Part shown: one piece after another, positions 27,491 to 36,701 of the stretch
How the letters are laid out: every line of letters starts with the position of its first letter
Position numbering within the stretch: the stretch's first letter is position 1
NCBI GenBank assembly: GCA_002412545.1
Contig: DHVG01000001.1
Coordinates: 206,766-270,765 of the forward strand
Source of the DNA: Elusimicrobia bacterium UBA5214
GTDB lineage: Bacteria; Elusimicrobiota; UBA5214
Reading direction: 5' to 3'
Length of the DNA: 64,000 nucleotides
Made by a program: the position numbers and the translations under genes
The notes under the pieces: model-generated
The model's database searches: none
Told to the model about the DNA's origin: nothing
Seen by the model: the letters and a program-made list of their open reading frames with translations, nothing else

Positions 27491-28600
27491 CTAAGTAGTA
27501 TTTTTGTTTATCTTTTTTTGGTCAATTTTATTTTTTGTTGTTTTATTTAATTTTTGACGGATAAATTCTGCCCTAAGCACATCTCTCTGAGTTGAGGATA
27601 ATTCTTTATTAGCAATTTCCTGCAAGTGTGCTGGTTGAGCAAGTAATAAAAGTTCATTTAGTATATTTATGTCCACCGGCAAATTTAAACCAAGATAGAT
27701 ACCTAAACGAATTTTTGATAAATGATTGATTGTTTCTTCGTAAGTAATTGTACGTGCATTGGCTAAAAGTCCGTAAGCACGGTAAATTGTGTCTTCAGTT
27801 TTAGTTTTAGTGATACTTTCAGTAAGAAGTTTTGTACGACTTTTCTTTTCGTAATCAATAATTTGTTTACCTACACGGCTAAGGTTATCAACAATTTCAT
27901 TTTCTGTTTGTCCTAAGGTAGTAGCATTAGAAATCTGAAAAAAATCACCCAATACTTTTGTTCCCTCACCGTAAAACCCACGCGCAACTATACCAATTTT
28001 TGACAGATTTTGGAGCACATGTTCTATTTCTTCACTATGGACCAAGGCTGGTAAATGCATTAAACAAGATGTTCTTAAACCGGTACCCGTATTTGTCGGA
28101 CAGGCAGTAAGAAAACCCCACTGTTGAGAAAAAGCAAAAGGTAGAAATTTTGCCAGTTCGTCGTCTAAAGAGTTTAAATTATCCCAAGCATTATTTAAAG
28201 CAAATCCCGGTTCTAATGACTGTAAACGTAGATGGTCTTCTTCATTAATCATCATACTAATTTTTTCTCCCGGACCAATCATTACTCCCCGGACGAAATT
28301 TGCTTGTGCATGTTCGTAGGAAATAAGATGGCGTTCCATCAAAAATTGGCGGTCAATTTTATCTAATCCGCCCGGTGCGGACAGATTAAGAAAAGTTGCT
28401 TCCGACATTGATGTTTTCTTAACCGTTTCTTCAACTAGATTTAATATTTCCTGTTGTATACTCCGATTTGCTCTTGCCGGAAAGGGTTTCCCGGAGATAT
28501 TTCGTGCTAAACGTATTCTTGAGGAAAGCACGACCTCGCTTTCTGGACCTTCACCGGAGAGCCAAACAGTTTTATTTTTTGCCATTTCCTGTAACTGCAT
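27491..28600 (-). CDS. mcsB: Protein-arginine kinase McsB
   Basis: Phosphagen-kinase signature CPTNTGTGLRTS and conserved EEDHLRLQ. Confidence 0.8.
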   Translation of the reverse strand: MQLQEMAKNKTVWLSGEGPESEVVLSSRIRLARNISGKPFPARANRSIQQEILNLVEETVKKTSMSEATFLNLSAPGGLDKIDRQFLMERHLISYEHAQANFVRGVMIGPGEKISMMINEEDHLRLQSLEPGFALNNAWDNLNSLDDELAKFLPFAFSQQWGFLTACPTNTGTGLRTSCLMHLPALVHSEEIEHVLQNLSKIGIVARGFYGEGTKVLGDFFQISNATTLGQTENEIVDNLSRVGKQIIDYEKKSRTKLLTESITKTKTEDTIYRAYGLLANARTITYEETINHLSKIRLGIYLGLNLPVDINILNELLLLAQPAHLQEIANKELSSTQRDVLRAEFIRQKLNKTTKNKIDQKKINKNTT

Positions 28601-28632
28601 AGGAACTCCTTTTGCGTTTTCGCGTTATTGGG

Positions 28633-29169
28633 TTATAGCGTTTTTGCGTTAAAAGTAAGTTTACGGAGTCGGTCACGTATTTCTGCAGCCTGTTCGTACT
28701 TTTCGTTCTTGATTGCTTCTTTCAGTTCTTTCTGTAATGAAACAATTGTTTCTTTTATTCGTTTATCGTCTGTTGGTGTTTTTTCTTCTCCATTACTGAC
28801 CATTGAGGTTAATTTCTTCCCGGTATGACACGGGAAACCATGAATACGTTTCAAGAGCGGAGCGAGTTGTTTATAAAAAGTTTGATAGCAGTCACTGCAA
28901 CCAAGTCTGCCTGTCTCTCTAAAATCAGAATCGGTTAATCCACAGGTCGGACAACATATTGTTTTTACCACCTTGGGTTCGTTCTCAAAACCTAAACCAG
29001 TCAATCCGGCTAAAAGGTCAGCGAGAGAAAAATGTGGAAATCCTTCACTGACATCAATACCTTTCTTTTTTGCACAATCTTCACATAGATGCATCTTGAT
29101 TACCTGATTATTGATAATTTCAGTAAGATGTATCGTTGCTTCGTTCTTGTGACAGACACTGCAATTCAT
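28633..29169 (-). CDS. mcsA: McsA (protein-arginine kinase activator; zinc-finger plus UVR domain)
   Basis: Paired CxxC zinc fingers (CSVCHKNEA...CEDCA, CPTCG...CSDCY) and a C-terminal UVR-like helix (EQAAEIRDRLRKL). Confidence 0.75.
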   Translation of the reverse strand: MNCSVCHKNEATIHLTEIINNQVIKMHLCEDCAKKKGIDVSEGFPHFSLADLLAGLTGLGFENEPKVVKTICCPTCGLTDSDFRETGRLGCSDCYQTFYKQLAPLLKRIHGFPCHTGKKLTSMVSNGEEKTPTDDKRIKETIVSLQKELKEAIKNEKYEQAAEIRDRLRKLTFNAKTL

Positions 29170-29180
29170 CTTTTTTCCTT

Positions 29181-29245
29181 ACGAATTAACACGAATTATT
29201 AGTGCGAATTCGCACGAATTTTTATTCGTGTGCATTCGTGTATAT
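29181..29245. promoter_or_regulatory. Cluster of ATTCGTG/CACGAAT motifs, including a perfect 14-bp palindrome GTGCGAATTCGCAC (29202-29215), upstream of the mcsA-mcsB-clpC operon
   Basis: Five or more direct or inverted copies of the heptamer within 65 bp. The same motif repeats upstream of leuS (57883-57928). It is not a CtsR or CIRCE consensus. Confidence 0.4.
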
Positions 29246-30139
29246 CGGTGTTCCACTGTTTCTCGTTAAATGGTGAAATTCTTCCCTTAACCGGCAGGTG
29301 GTTTTTCCCGGTTTACCTTCACCAATTATTCGTCCATCAATTTTTACTACCGGGATGATTTCCGCTGCCGTGCCGGTCAAAAAACATTCATCAGCGGTAT
29401 AAAGTTCATATTGAGTAAAAACATTTTCTTCCACTTTAAAATTAAGTTTTTCTTTAGCTATTTTTATTACTACATTACGGGTAATTCCTTCAAGGACACC
29501 AATATGTGTAGGTGGAGTAAAAATTTCCTTATCCTTGATGATGAAAATATTATCCCCGGTACATTCAGCAACGAAACCATCCTTATTGAGCATAATTGCT
29601 TCCGGTGTACCCCGCAGACCAGCTTCAATCTTTGCTAAAATATTATTTAGATAGTTCAATGATTTTATCGCTGGATTAAGTGCTTCCGGCAAATTACGTT
29701 TTGTGGCAACAGTGACTACTTCTAACCCCTGTGTATAATATTCTTCCGGATAAAGAACAATTTTATCCGTGATAATGACAATACTCGGTTGTGGACATTT
29801 CTTTGGGTCAAGTCCTAAATCACCTTCTCCGCGAGTAACCACTAAACGAATATAAGCATCAGATAATTTGTTTTCTCTCAAAGTAGAAATTACCGCTTTC
29901 CTTAATTTTTCTTTGCTTAAAGGAATGATAAGCATAATCGCTTGCGCGGAATTGTAAAGACGGTCCAAATGTTCATCTAAACAGAATACTTTTCCGGCAT
30001 AAGCACGAATACCTTCAAAAACACCGTCACCGTAAAGTAAGCCGTGGTCAAAGACCGAAATTTTTGCTTCTTCTTTCTCTACTAATTTACCATTAAGATA
30101 AATTTTCATTGAATTCTCCCTACCTCTTCGGTAGGTCAC
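29222..30139 (-). CDS. ilvE: Class IV (fold type IV) aminotransferase, branched-chain amino acid / D-amino acid aminotransferase family
   Basis: FDHGLLYGDGVFEGIRAY near the N-terminus, plus ECFLTGTAAEI. The start is probably the internal MKIYLNG (30109). Confidence 0.75.
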   Translation of the reverse strand: MTYRRGRENSMKIYLNGKLVEKEEAKISVFDHGLLYGDGVFEGIRAYAGKVFCLDEHLDRLYNSAQAIMLIIPLSKEKLRKAVISTLRENKLSDAYIRLVVTRGEGDLGLDPKKCPQPSIVIITDKIVLYPEEYYTQGLEVVTVATKRNLPEALNPAIKSLNYLNNILAKIEAGLRGTPEAIMLNKDGFVAECTGDNIFIIKDKEIFTPPTHIGVLEGITRNVVIKIAKEKLNFKVEENVFTQYELYTADECFLTGTAAEIIPVVKIDGRIIGEGKPGKTTCRLREEFHHLTRNSGTPIYTNAHE

Positions 30140-30845
30140 CGTTGAGGTGACCGTTAATTAAGATTAATATTCGTTCCGCACCTTTAGCAATTTCTTCATC
30201 GTGAGTAACAAAAAGTAACGAAGATTTCCGTTTTTTTACTTCTTCCCACAATATATATTTTACTTCTTCACCGGTCTCCCAGTCAAGATTACCCGTCGGT
30301 TCATCAGCTAAAATTATTTCCGGTTCATTGATTAAGGCACGGGCTAAAGCGACTCGTTGTGCTTCACCTAAAGAAAGTTCATTCGGACGATGATTTAAAC
30401 GGTTCCTCAAACCTAATTCTACAAGTAAAGATTTTGCTTTTTCTATACTTACTTTCTTATTTTCACCACCGATTATTGCTGGTAAATCAACATTTTCATA
30501 AGCACTAAATTCCGGTAAAAGATGATGACACTGGAAAACAAAACCTATTTTTTTGTTCCTTAAATTGGCACGTTCCTCATCATTAAGAAGTGATACTCTT
30601 CTATTTCCAATATAAATTTCTCCCTCGCTTGGTTTATCAAGTAAACCCAAAAGATGTAATAAAGTTGTTTTCCCTGCACCACTCGGTCCAACAATTGCTA
30701 AAATTTCATTATTCCGAAGTTCTAAATTTACCTCCTTGAGAACCGGTAAGGTATACTCACCAATGATATAATTTTTAGATAAATTTTCTGCTTTTAAAAC
30801 TGTTTTTTGGGTTGCGACTTTCTCTTTTTCTAAGGTTGTTATCAT
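30120..30845 (-). CDS. lolD: Lipoprotein-releasing system ATP-binding protein LolD
   Basis: Walker A ([15 protein letters not shown]), ABC signature [15 protein letters not shown], and the LolD-type segment around [18 protein letters not shown]. Confidence 0.8.
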   Translation of the reverse strand: MITTLEKEKVATQKTVLKAENLSKNYIIGEYTLPVLKEVNLELRNNEILAIVGPSGAGKTTLLHLLGLLDKPSEGEIYIGNRRVSLLNDEERANLRNKKIGFVFQCHHLLPEFSAYENVDLPAIIGGENKKVSIEKAKSLLVELGLRNRLNHRPNELSLGEAQRVALARALINEPEIILADEPTGNLDWETGEEVKYILWEEVKKRKSSLLFVTHDEEIAKGAERILILINGHLNGDLPKR

Positions 30846-30962
30846 TTTTTGTAATACCTGATTACAACGATTTTTTATAGAGTCCGACTACATGGATTAA
30901 TATCCCGATTACAGTGATAAGTCTTTAACTCATAACTCATAATTCATAACTCATACTTTGAC

Positions 30963-32186
30963 TCATTCGTATCTCAATGCTTCTGCCGGGTTTATCCGTG
31001 AAGCCTTATATGATGGATAGAAAGTTGAAAGTAAACTAATCAACAATGCCGATACACAGATTAAAAAAATATCTAAAGGCATAATTTTTACCGGTATGTT
31101 TTGAATATAATAAACATCAGCCGGTAATTTAATAAATTGGTAACGGTCTAAAAGTTTAGAAATAACGATTCCTAAAATACTCCCGCTGAAAATGCCTAAA
31201 ATACCGATACTTAGCCCTTCGTAGAGAAAAATGCGTAAGATATTCTTTTTCTTTGCACCGAGTGCCTGGAGGATAGCGATATCTTTAATTTTTTCCATGG
31301 TCATCAGCATTAAAGTAGAAAAAATATTAAACGCAGCAACTAAAATAATCAGAGTCAAAACAATAAACATCATTATTTTTTCTAATTTTAAAGCGGAAAA
31401 GAGATTCTTGTTCATACTTGTCCAGGGACGTGCCCAAACCGAAAAACCAAGTAGTTTTTCTATCTTATCTGCTAAACGATCTGCCTGATAAATATCTTTA
31501 ATTTTCAACTGATAGCCGGTAATACCTTGTCCAAGATTAAATATTTCTTGTGCTTTTCTTAATGAAATGTAGGCTAAAGAATTGTCATATTCATACATTC
31601 CTGATTCAAAAATGCCTGCAACACGAATTTTTTCTATTTTTGGTAGAGTCATACCAGTAAAATTAGTTTCTTGTTGTAGAGAGAATAAAAATATTTCTTC
31701 ACCAAGGGAAACACCTAAATTTTTTGCTAATTCTTTCCCGAGAATAATTCTCGGTTCCGAAGAGTTTAATGTAGTCAAATTTATTGTCGGATTCTGCCGG
31801 GTTAAATTAGTTACTCTTATTTCTTCCTCCGGAATAATTCCCTTAAGCACTGCACCTACCGATTTGTTTCTTGCACGGAGAAGTGTTTGTCCGTAGATAA
31901 AAGGTGAGCCAGCAATAACTTCTGGTAAATTCGTAACCTGATTAAGAATTTCCGGTGCAGGTTTGAAAACTTTCTCTCCATTCGGCAGAAGAAGAATATG
32001 TGCTTGAGTACCCAGTATTTTATCTCTAATTTCGTTCTGAAACCCGTTCATTATGGATAAAGTTACCACTAATGCGGCTACACCTAAAGTAATACCACTG
32101 ATTCCAACTAAAGTAGTAAAAAGAGTAAAAATTTGTTTTCTTCGTGCCGATAAATAACGTTTAACAACTAAAATTTCCCAGTTCAT
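30963..32186 (-). CDS. lolE: Lipoprotein-releasing system permease LolC/E (FtsX-like)
   Basis: N-terminal TM (SIMNGFQNEIRDKILG), large periplasmic domain, and a C-terminal FtsX four-helix bundle. Confidence 0.8.
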   Translation of the reverse strand: MNWEILVVKRYLSARRKQIFTLFTTLVGISGITLGVAALVVTLSIMNGFQNEIRDKILGTQAHILLLPNGEKVFKPAPEILNQVTNLPEVIAGSPFIYGQTLLRARNKSVGAVLKGIIPEEEIRVTNLTRQNPTINLTTLNSSEPRIILGKELAKNLGVSLGEEIFLFSLQQETNFTGMTLPKIEKIRVAGIFESGMYEYDNSLAYISLRKAQEIFNLGQGITGYQLKIKDIYQADRLADKIEKLLGFSVWARPWTSMNKNLFSALKLEKIMMFIVLTLIILVAAFNIFSTLMLMTMEKIKDIAILQALGAKKKNILRIFLYEGLSIGILGIFSGSILGIVISKLLDRYQFIKLPADVYYIQNIPVKIMPLDIFLICVSALLISLLSTFYPSYKASRINPAEALRYE

Positions 32187-32270
32187 CTTTTTCTCGCAAA
32201 AGTGCTAAACGCAAAATCACAAAATATTCGCAAAAACGCAAAAGGACTTTTTTGGCGCTTTGGCGGAAAT

Positions 32271-33758
32271 TTAGCGGTTTAGCGTGTCAGGACGTAATAA
32301 CGGAAAAGGTATCGTTTCCCGAATTGAAGAAGTATTAGTTAAAAGCATTACTAAACGGTCAATACCAATTCCTAAACCTGCTGCTGGTGGCATACCGTGT
32401 TCTAAAGCGGTAAGGAAATCCTCATCTAAAAGCATTGCTTCCTCATCACCTTTTGCTTTTGCTTTCGCTTGTTCCTCAAGCCGTTTACGCTGTTCTCTCG
32501 GGTCATTAAGTTCGGAGTAAGCATTAGCAATTTCTTCACCAGCAATAAAGAGTTCAAAACGTTCAACTATTTCTGAGTTATCTTTCTTACTTTTTGCTAA
32601 CGGTGTCCACTTCTTTAGATAATCAGTAACAAAAATCGGTTCGCTTGAGGTGATTACCTCTAATTCAGGTAATATTTTCTGGTCAAAAATATAGTCAAAA
32701 ATTTTATGTTCCGGGGTATCGGTTTTGAGTTCAATTCCTAAATCTTTAGCTAATTTTGCTAAGTTTATATCGGGTAAATCTTCTTTTATTCCGATATATT
32801 TTTTGAATAAGTCAGAAAGTTTAACCCGTTGAAAAGGTAGTTTGAGAGAAATCGTTTTATCTTGATACTCAAATTCTTCTTTACCAGTGATTTCTTTTGC
32901 TAAAAAACAAATCATTTCTTCACTGATTCTCATCATTTCTTCATAGTCAACATACGCTTGGTATACTTCCAACATCATAAATTCCGGATTATGTCGGGTA
33001 GAGATACCTTCATTACGGAAATTCTTGTTCAATTCGTATATTTTTTCATAACCAGCGACAAGTAAACGTTTAAGATGGAGTTCCGGAGCAATCCGTAAAT
33101 ATAAATCTACCCCCAAAGCATTATGGTAAGTGGAAAAAGGTTTTGCGGTTGCTCCCCCAGGTAAAACCTGCAACATTGGTGTTTCTACTTCTAAGAAACC
33201 TTTCTGGTCAAGATAATTGCGAATTAAACGAATAACCTTGCTCCGGGTTTCAACAATTTTATTTATTTCCGGGTTGACAATTATATCTAAATACCTTTGC
33301 CGATAACGGGTTTCTACATCTTTAAGTCCATGCCATTTTTCCGGTAAAGGACGTAATGACTTACTTAAAATTTGAAATTTTTCTACTAAAATGGTTAATT
33401 CACCAGTTTTTGTACGGAAAACTTGTCCTTCCACACCTAAAAAATCAGCTAAATCAATCGTTTTCAAAAAAAGGTCATAATTCTCTTTAGCGACAATATC
33501 CTCTCGTAAATAAACTTGTATTTTTCCTTTACTATCTTGAAGATGTAAAAAGGTTGACCGTCCCATTTCCCGTAAAGAAATAATCCGTCCGGCAAAAGAA
33601 ACTTTCTTTTCACTTTTTTCTCCATTTTTTAAGAAACCAAATTCAGTAATCAGATTTTCACTGGAATGGGTTACCGTAAATTTTGTCGGATAAGGGTCAA
33701 TCTTTTTTTCTTCTAAGATTTTTAATTTTTCTTTTCTCTGTTCTATAAGTTTTTCCAT
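32271..33758 (-). CDS. lysS: Lysine--tRNA ligase (class II)
   Basis: N-terminal OB anticodon-binding domain and class II motifs (FRNEG, GIGIDRLVMLL). Confidence 0.9.
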   Translation of the reverse strand: MEKLIEQRKEKLKILEEKKIDPYPTKFTVTHSSENLITEFGFLKNGEKSEKKVSFAGRIISLREMGRSTFLHLQDSKGKIQVYLREDIVAKENYDLFLKTIDLADFLGVEGQVFRTKTGELTILVEKFQILSKSLRPLPEKWHGLKDVETRYRQRYLDIIVNPEINKIVETRSKVIRLIRNYLDQKGFLEVETPMLQVLPGGATAKPFSTYHNALGVDLYLRIAPELHLKRLLVAGYEKIYELNKNFRNEGISTRHNPEFMMLEVYQAYVDYEEMMRISEEMICFLAKEITGKEEFEYQDKTISLKLPFQRVKLSDLFKKYIGIKEDLPDINLAKLAKDLGIELKTDTPEHKIFDYIFDQKILPELEVITSSEPIFVTDYLKKWTPLAKSKKDNSEIVERFELFIAGEEIANAYSELNDPREQRKRLEEQAKAKAKGDEEAMLLDEDFLTALEHGMPPAAGLGIGIDRLVMLLTNTSSIRETIPFPLLRPDTLNR

Positions 33759-33906
33759 AAAAATCGCGCCAAATCGCCAAAATACTGCTAAATCGCTAAA
33801 AAGAATCTCCGCAAGACCGCCGGGAACTTCATTTTAGGATTTTTTGTGCAAGTGTTTAAGAACTTTTTCAAAATTCATTTTACTAAATTTTTCTCTCTAT
33901 GTCAAA

Positions 33907-35038
33907 CTAATGACTTTCGCTCCTCATTCGCCAATCTAAATAGGACTCAATAAACTGGTCAAGTTCACCGTCCATTACTGCGTTAATGTTGCCGGTTTCC
34001 ATTCCGGTGCGATGGTCTTTAACCATCTGGTAAGGCATAAAGATATAAGAACGAATCTGACTACCCCAAGCAATTTCACCTTTCTCATCGTAATGTTTCT
34101 CTAAAGCGAGACGCTGTTTTTCCTTTTCTAACTCGGAGAGTTTTGCTTTTAGGACTTTTAAAGCGGTAATTTTATTTTTATATTGTGAACGTTCATTTTG
34201 GCATTGGACAACAATCCCCGTAGGGAGATGAGTTATTCTTACTGCCGAGTCAGTTTTCTGTAAATGTTGTCCCCCGTGTCCGGAAGCACGGAAGGTATCA
34301 ATTCTTAAATCTTCATCCTTAATTTCAATTTTGATTGTATCTTCTATTTCCGGTAAGACATCGCAGGAAGCAAAAGAGGTATGTCTTCGTTTATTAACAT
34401 CAAAAGGTGAAATGCGCACTAAACGATGGACACCGATTTCTGATTTCAAATAACCGTAAGCATATTCACCTTTGACTAAGAAAGTTACACTTTTTATTCC
34501 CGCTTCTTCACCCGGAGAAAGGTCAGTAATAATTGTCGGATATCCTTTCTTATCTGTCCAACGGAGATACATCCGGAGAAGCATCTCACACCAGTCACAA
34601 GCTTCCGTCCCACCAGCCCCGGCATGTAAAGTCACAATTGCATTGTCTCTATCTTCCGGTTGAGAAAGTTTAAGCCGAAAATCTAAATTATGGATATCTT
34701 TTTCTAAAGTTTTAACTTTTTCTTCAATCTCAGGGAGAAGAATTTTTTCTTCTTCTGGATGTCCACCTACGGCGGATTCGGCAAGTTCAAGAAGTGTTTC
34801 TAATTCTTCAGTTTCTTTTTTAAGTTGATACCAGGGATGGAGGACTTCTTTTAAATTGTTTAATTCCTGAAGGATTTTTTGTGCTTCCAGTGGGTTAGCC
34901 CAGAATTCTGGCTGGTGAGTTTTTTCTTCAAGTTGACGGATATATTTTTCTTTATTTTCAACTTCAAAGGCACCTCCGGAATTTATCTAATTTTTCTTTA
35001 AAAAGATTACTTTTTTCTTCCCATTCTTTTAACATCAT
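33907..35038 (-). CDS. prfB: Peptide chain release factor 2 with programmed +1 ribosomal frameshift (shift site CTT TGA A at 34969-34964 on the minus strand)
   Basis: The frame-0 N-terminal peptide MMLKEWEEKSNLFKEKLDKFRRCL ends at an in-frame TGA preceded by an SD-like GGAGGTG. The +1 frame continues EVENKEKYIRQLEEKTHQPEFWANPLEAQKIL...TLHAGAGGTEACDW. The downstream part carries the GGQ motif (SGHGGQHLQKT). Confidence 0.85.
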
Positions 35039-36701
35039 TTTTTACCTCTTTTTTAATATACAATAAATTTGCCAAAAAAACAAGAGTTATTCCTAAACCT
35101 AACCAAACAAAAAGATCACCGTAAAGGGTATAAAAAGTCATCTTCTTTTGGGGATAAATTTGTTCGGAAAGATCAGCAGTGATAAATATTGGTGTTTGTT
35201 TGATTACTCTTCCATAAGGGTCAATAAATGCAGAAATACCGGTATTGGCAGAGCGAACTACATATCTGCGGTTTTCCACAGCACGGAAAATGTTCATTGT
35301 GAAATGTTGATAAGGAGCAGAAGTTTGTAAAAACCAAGCATCGTTGGTTAAATTAACAATAATTTCTGCACCGTTTTTGACAAAATTGCGTACTAAATGG
35401 GGAAAAATTGCTTCAAAACAGATGTTCACACCAAACTTGGTGAGTGGTGAGTGGCGAGTGGTAAGTGGTAAATTAAAAACCGTAAAGTCTTTGCCGGAAG
35501 AGAAGTCACCGAGTTCGTTAAGGACTTTAATATACTTGGAAAGAAAATCTTTTAAAGGGATAGTTTCGCCAAAAGGGACAGGATGGATTTTATCATATTC
35601 GGCAAGTAATTTTCCTTCTGGTGAGAAAAGAAATACTGAATTATAGAGTTTATCTTTTTTGTAATGGACTGAGCCGATAAGATGGTAACAATTACTCTGT
35701 TGAATAATCTTTTTTACCTGTTCATAAAGATGTCGTTCATAAAGAAGATATCCGGGAATAGCACTTTCGGGCCAGATTATCAAAGAGGGTGATTGGGTAA
35801 TTCGGTGATTAGGTGATTGGGGATTAGGAATGGATAAGCGAGTAGTTTGTTTGATGAGATTTTCGTAAGTGTCCATAATTTCTTTTTCATATTCTTTTGA
35901 CCATTTTTTGTATTGGTCAATGTTGCCTTGAAGTAAAACTACCATAAGTGGTGAGTGATTAGTGGTTAGTGGTGATTGGTGAGTGGTGTGTGGTGAAAGG
36001 ACCAAAAACCCATAGACCAAACAAAATAAAAAAACAGTTAAAGTAGGTAAAACTATTCTTATTTTTTCTCGCCACTTCCCACTTCCCGCCTCCCACAACC
36101 TAAATAAGGTAGTGTTTACTAAAACAATAAGGAAGGATACACCGTAGACACCGGTAAATTCAGAAATTTGTATAACCGGTAAAAAATTCCATTGGGTATA
36201 GCCGAGTAAAGCCCAAGGGAAACCAGTAAAAAGATGACTGCGGAGATATTCTAAGGAAACCCAGAGAAAAGCAGAAAATAAGTTGATAGTTGGTAGTGGA
36301 TAGTGGATAGTGAAAAGACGGAAACAAAGAGTAAAAAATCCAAAATAAAGAGCGAGATAGGCGGATAAAAGGATAAGACAAAGAATGCCAAGGAATAAAG
36401 ATTCGCCAGCAGTGGTAATGGTAGTAACAATCCAATAGAGTAAACCTAAATATGCAAGAAAACCCGTCAAAAAACCTAAAATAAAAGCACTTTTAGGAGA
36501 TGAATTTTCAATTGCTAAAAAAAGTGGAATTAAAGCAACCCAAGCAAGAGGGAAAAGGTTAAATTTAGGAAAACTTAGAATAAGCAGGAAAGTGGAAAGT
36601 AAAAGATAAACCCTGCCCTTTTGTTTAGAAAAGTTTTGTTTTTGGGGGATAACTTTTGTGAATTTGTCATATATCTTAAACAAAGGGGCGGGGCATTTCA
36701 T
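35007..36701 (-). CDS. lnt: Apolipoprotein N-acyltransferase Lnt (with several in-frame heptamer-repeat insertions)
   Basis: Multi-TM N-terminal domain plus a C-terminal CN-hydrolase domain with the catalytic Cys context GVNICFEAIFP. Repeat-encoded segments PLTTNHSPLTTNHSPL, SPNHRITQSPS and HHSPLTKF occur within the ORF. Confidence 0.75.
   Translation of the reverse strand: MKCPAPLFKIYDKFTKVIPQKQNFSKQKGRVYLLLSTFLLILSFPKFNLFPLAWVALIPLFLAIENSSPKSAFILGFLTGFLAYLGLLYWIVTTITTAGESLFLGILCLILLSAYLALYFGFFTLCFRLFTIHYPLPTINLFSAFLWVSLEYLRSHLFTGFPWALLGYTQWNFLPVIQISEFTGVYGVSFLIVLVNTTLFRLWEAGSGKWREKIRIVLPTLTVFLFCLVYGFLVLSPHTTHQSPLTTNHSPLMVVLLQGNIDQYKKWSKEYEKEIMDTYENLIKQTTRLSIPNPQSPNHRITQSPSLIIWPESAIPGYLLYERHLYEQVKKIIQQSNCYHLIGSVHYKKDKLYNSVFLFSPEGKLLAEYDKIHPVPFGETIPLKDFLSKYIKVLNELGDFSSGKDFTVFNLPLTTRHSPLTKFGVNICFEAIFPHLVRNFVKNGAEIIVNLTNDAWFLQTSAPYQHFTMNIFRAVENRRYVVRSANTGISAFIDPYGRVIKQTPIFITADLSEQIYPQKKMTFYTLYGDLFVWLGLGITLVFLANLLYIKKEVKNDVKRMGRKK

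Noticed and set aside
28628-28828. 66-aa plus-strand ORF overlapping the 3' end of mcsA
   Set aside because: It is antisense to a well-supported gene and has no motif. It is spurious.
35438-36313. Tandem short repeats as CRISPR arrays
   Set aside because: The units are 7 nt with no spacers, lie inside conserved ORFs and keep the reading frame. No cas genes are present. They are not CRISPR.
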